The translations under genes were made by a program, and so were the position numbers. A stretch of DNA of 62,823 bases, the filler included, from Chlamydiia bacterium (lineage in GTDB: Bacteria > Chlamydiota > Chlamydiia > Chlamydiales > FEN-1388): assembly GCA_903848235.1 (NCBI GenBank). It is 9 parts of 9 records of this genome, joined end to end, with 100 filler letters (N's around TTAATTAATTAA, not from the genome) between each part and the next. Parts side by side here need not be neighbours in the genome. Positions count along the whole stretch, not along the records: positions 58,086 to 62,823 come from CAINFV010000273.1; 8 more parts are not named here. The stretch is one strand, 5' to 3'. Positions 61,745 through 62,823 of this stretch are shown here, one piece after another; positions within the stretch are counted from its first letter, which is position 1; every line of letters begins with the position of its first letter. The notes beneath the pieces were generated by a model. That model had not been told where the DNA came from and searched no databases. It saw only the letters and a list, made by a program, of their open reading frames with translations.

Positions 61745-62615
61745 AAAAGAAGATACCGTGATCTCAGAATTCCTAACGTCGATTGGACCATGGCGCGATT
61801 ACGTCGTCATCGGAGGTGGTTACGCTCTCTTTATCTACAAATTGTATCTGACTGGACTTTAGCATTTTTTGGGCACCGAGTTCGCAGAGGGTTGTCTCTC
61901 AGACGATTGCATTTATCCTCGATGGCCTGCCCAGGCCGCTCTATGATAAATGCAATCGTCTGAGAGACAACGAATGCGAAATCGGTCTCAAAAAATGCTA
62001 AAGTCCAGTCTGACTACCCAAAAGTTGGGCCCCCCTCCAATAGGAACAAGGGATATAGATTCTCTCATCCCTAGAACAGTTCCCAAAATATCAGAAAAGG
62101 ACATCGCAGGACATCTCCTCAACGCAGGTTATACACATGTTTTTAAAGACATGGACACCCCTCCCTCTGAAGCATATCTAAAAGAGATCGATGGGTTGGA
62201 GGTGGAGATCGAATTTCTGACGAACAACGATACTCGAACTGACAAAGACAAAAACGTCGTCGTTGCTGGCGTGAACGCCCAGCCTTTAAGCTATTTGATC
62301 ATGAGTTTGCGAACGACCAAGGAATTTCAAACTTTCTCGCACGAAAGAGGGCGTGTTGTTTCCCCTGGCGCCTGGATGTTTCACAAGGGACTTACCTTTA
62401 CAAGGCGACAAAGCCCTTCGAAAGCCCTGAAAGACCTTTATGGGATCTGGTATGTCACCACTCAGCTAGGAGACTTTTCAAAGCACGCCATTGTTGAGTT
62501 CAATGAGCTAATACTGGAGCATCCAAAATGGTATGTGATATTTCAGAAAAATTTAGACAATTGGATAGCAAATGCTTCCGCTCTCCAAAACATGTTCATA
62601 GTTGATCATTGCTGA
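61734..62615 (+). pseudogene. AbiEii/GSU2403-like nucleotidyltransferase toxin interrupted by MITE-A
   Basis: Removing the MITE and one TSD gives MEFEKE..VVIGGGYA..YLTTQKLGPPPIGTRDIDS..IEFL..HKG..KDLY; with the insert there is a TAG at 61860. Confidence 0.85.
61852..62008. mobile_element. MITE-A, intact 157-bp foldback element with TCTGA target duplication
   Basis: TCTGA at 61847-61851 and 62009-62013; arms are near-perfect inverted repeats. Confidence 0.93.
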
Positions 62616-62823
62616 TCAATGACCAAGTTTTGGCCAAGAGCAACCACGCTCTTGAATTAATTTCCTGGCGCTGCGATTGCTCGCCGTCCGTTCCCACGCG
62701 GGACAGACAACTATCCCCCTAGGAAGGACACGCCAGGCCCATCGCTCCTCAACGGAGACGAGGCCCGAGCAGGGCACTATCGGAACATTCGTTCCGTATT
62801 TTTGGGAGAGGTCGCGCACGACC

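Noticed and set aside
61950..62615. 221-aa ORF as a standalone gene
   Set aside because: Its first 20 codons come from MITE-A; the real gene starts at 61734. A restart would lack the GG motif
62616..62823. 67-aa minus-strand ORF at the window end
   Set aside because: No recognisable motif and cut by the window edge

Overview
The window is nine unordered contigs joined by 100-bp artificial spacers (N44-TTAATTAATTAA-N44), so gene order across spacers carries no information. Most contigs look like an environmental Chlamydiota genome bin: two-domain thyX, SEC-C-fused map, a UGP3-like uridylyltransferase, bamA-skp-lpxD, an mreC-like gene and orphan effector-like ORFs. Contig 33312-36959 looks archaeal (methanogen-like) and is probably mis-binned. 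The main find is a complete non-autonomous IS200/IS605-type OMEGA element at 14054-15741. It carries an intact iscB (PLMP, split RuvC, HNH), an upstream omegaRNA/HEARO-like scaffold and both TnpA end hairpins with matching guide and cleavage tetranucleotides. Removing it in silico restores an ATGA stop/start overlap between mreC and a TrxB-like gene, which predicts the guide (the mreC 3' end) and the TAM (ATGAA). IscB/OMEGA is a known class; the new details are this locus, its insertion at a translation-coupling site and an 11-nt complementarity between the target flank and the element end. Other signals: a fully palindromic ~158-bp MITE with 5-bp TSDs whose two intact copies both interrupt toxin-antitoxin genes, a second palindromic MITE family, two IS607 left ends, two genes flanked by degraded duplications of the host gene junction, a small aminotransferase/GNAT/MFS cluster and several candidate effectors. 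All protein calls come from motif recognition by eye, not from database searches.
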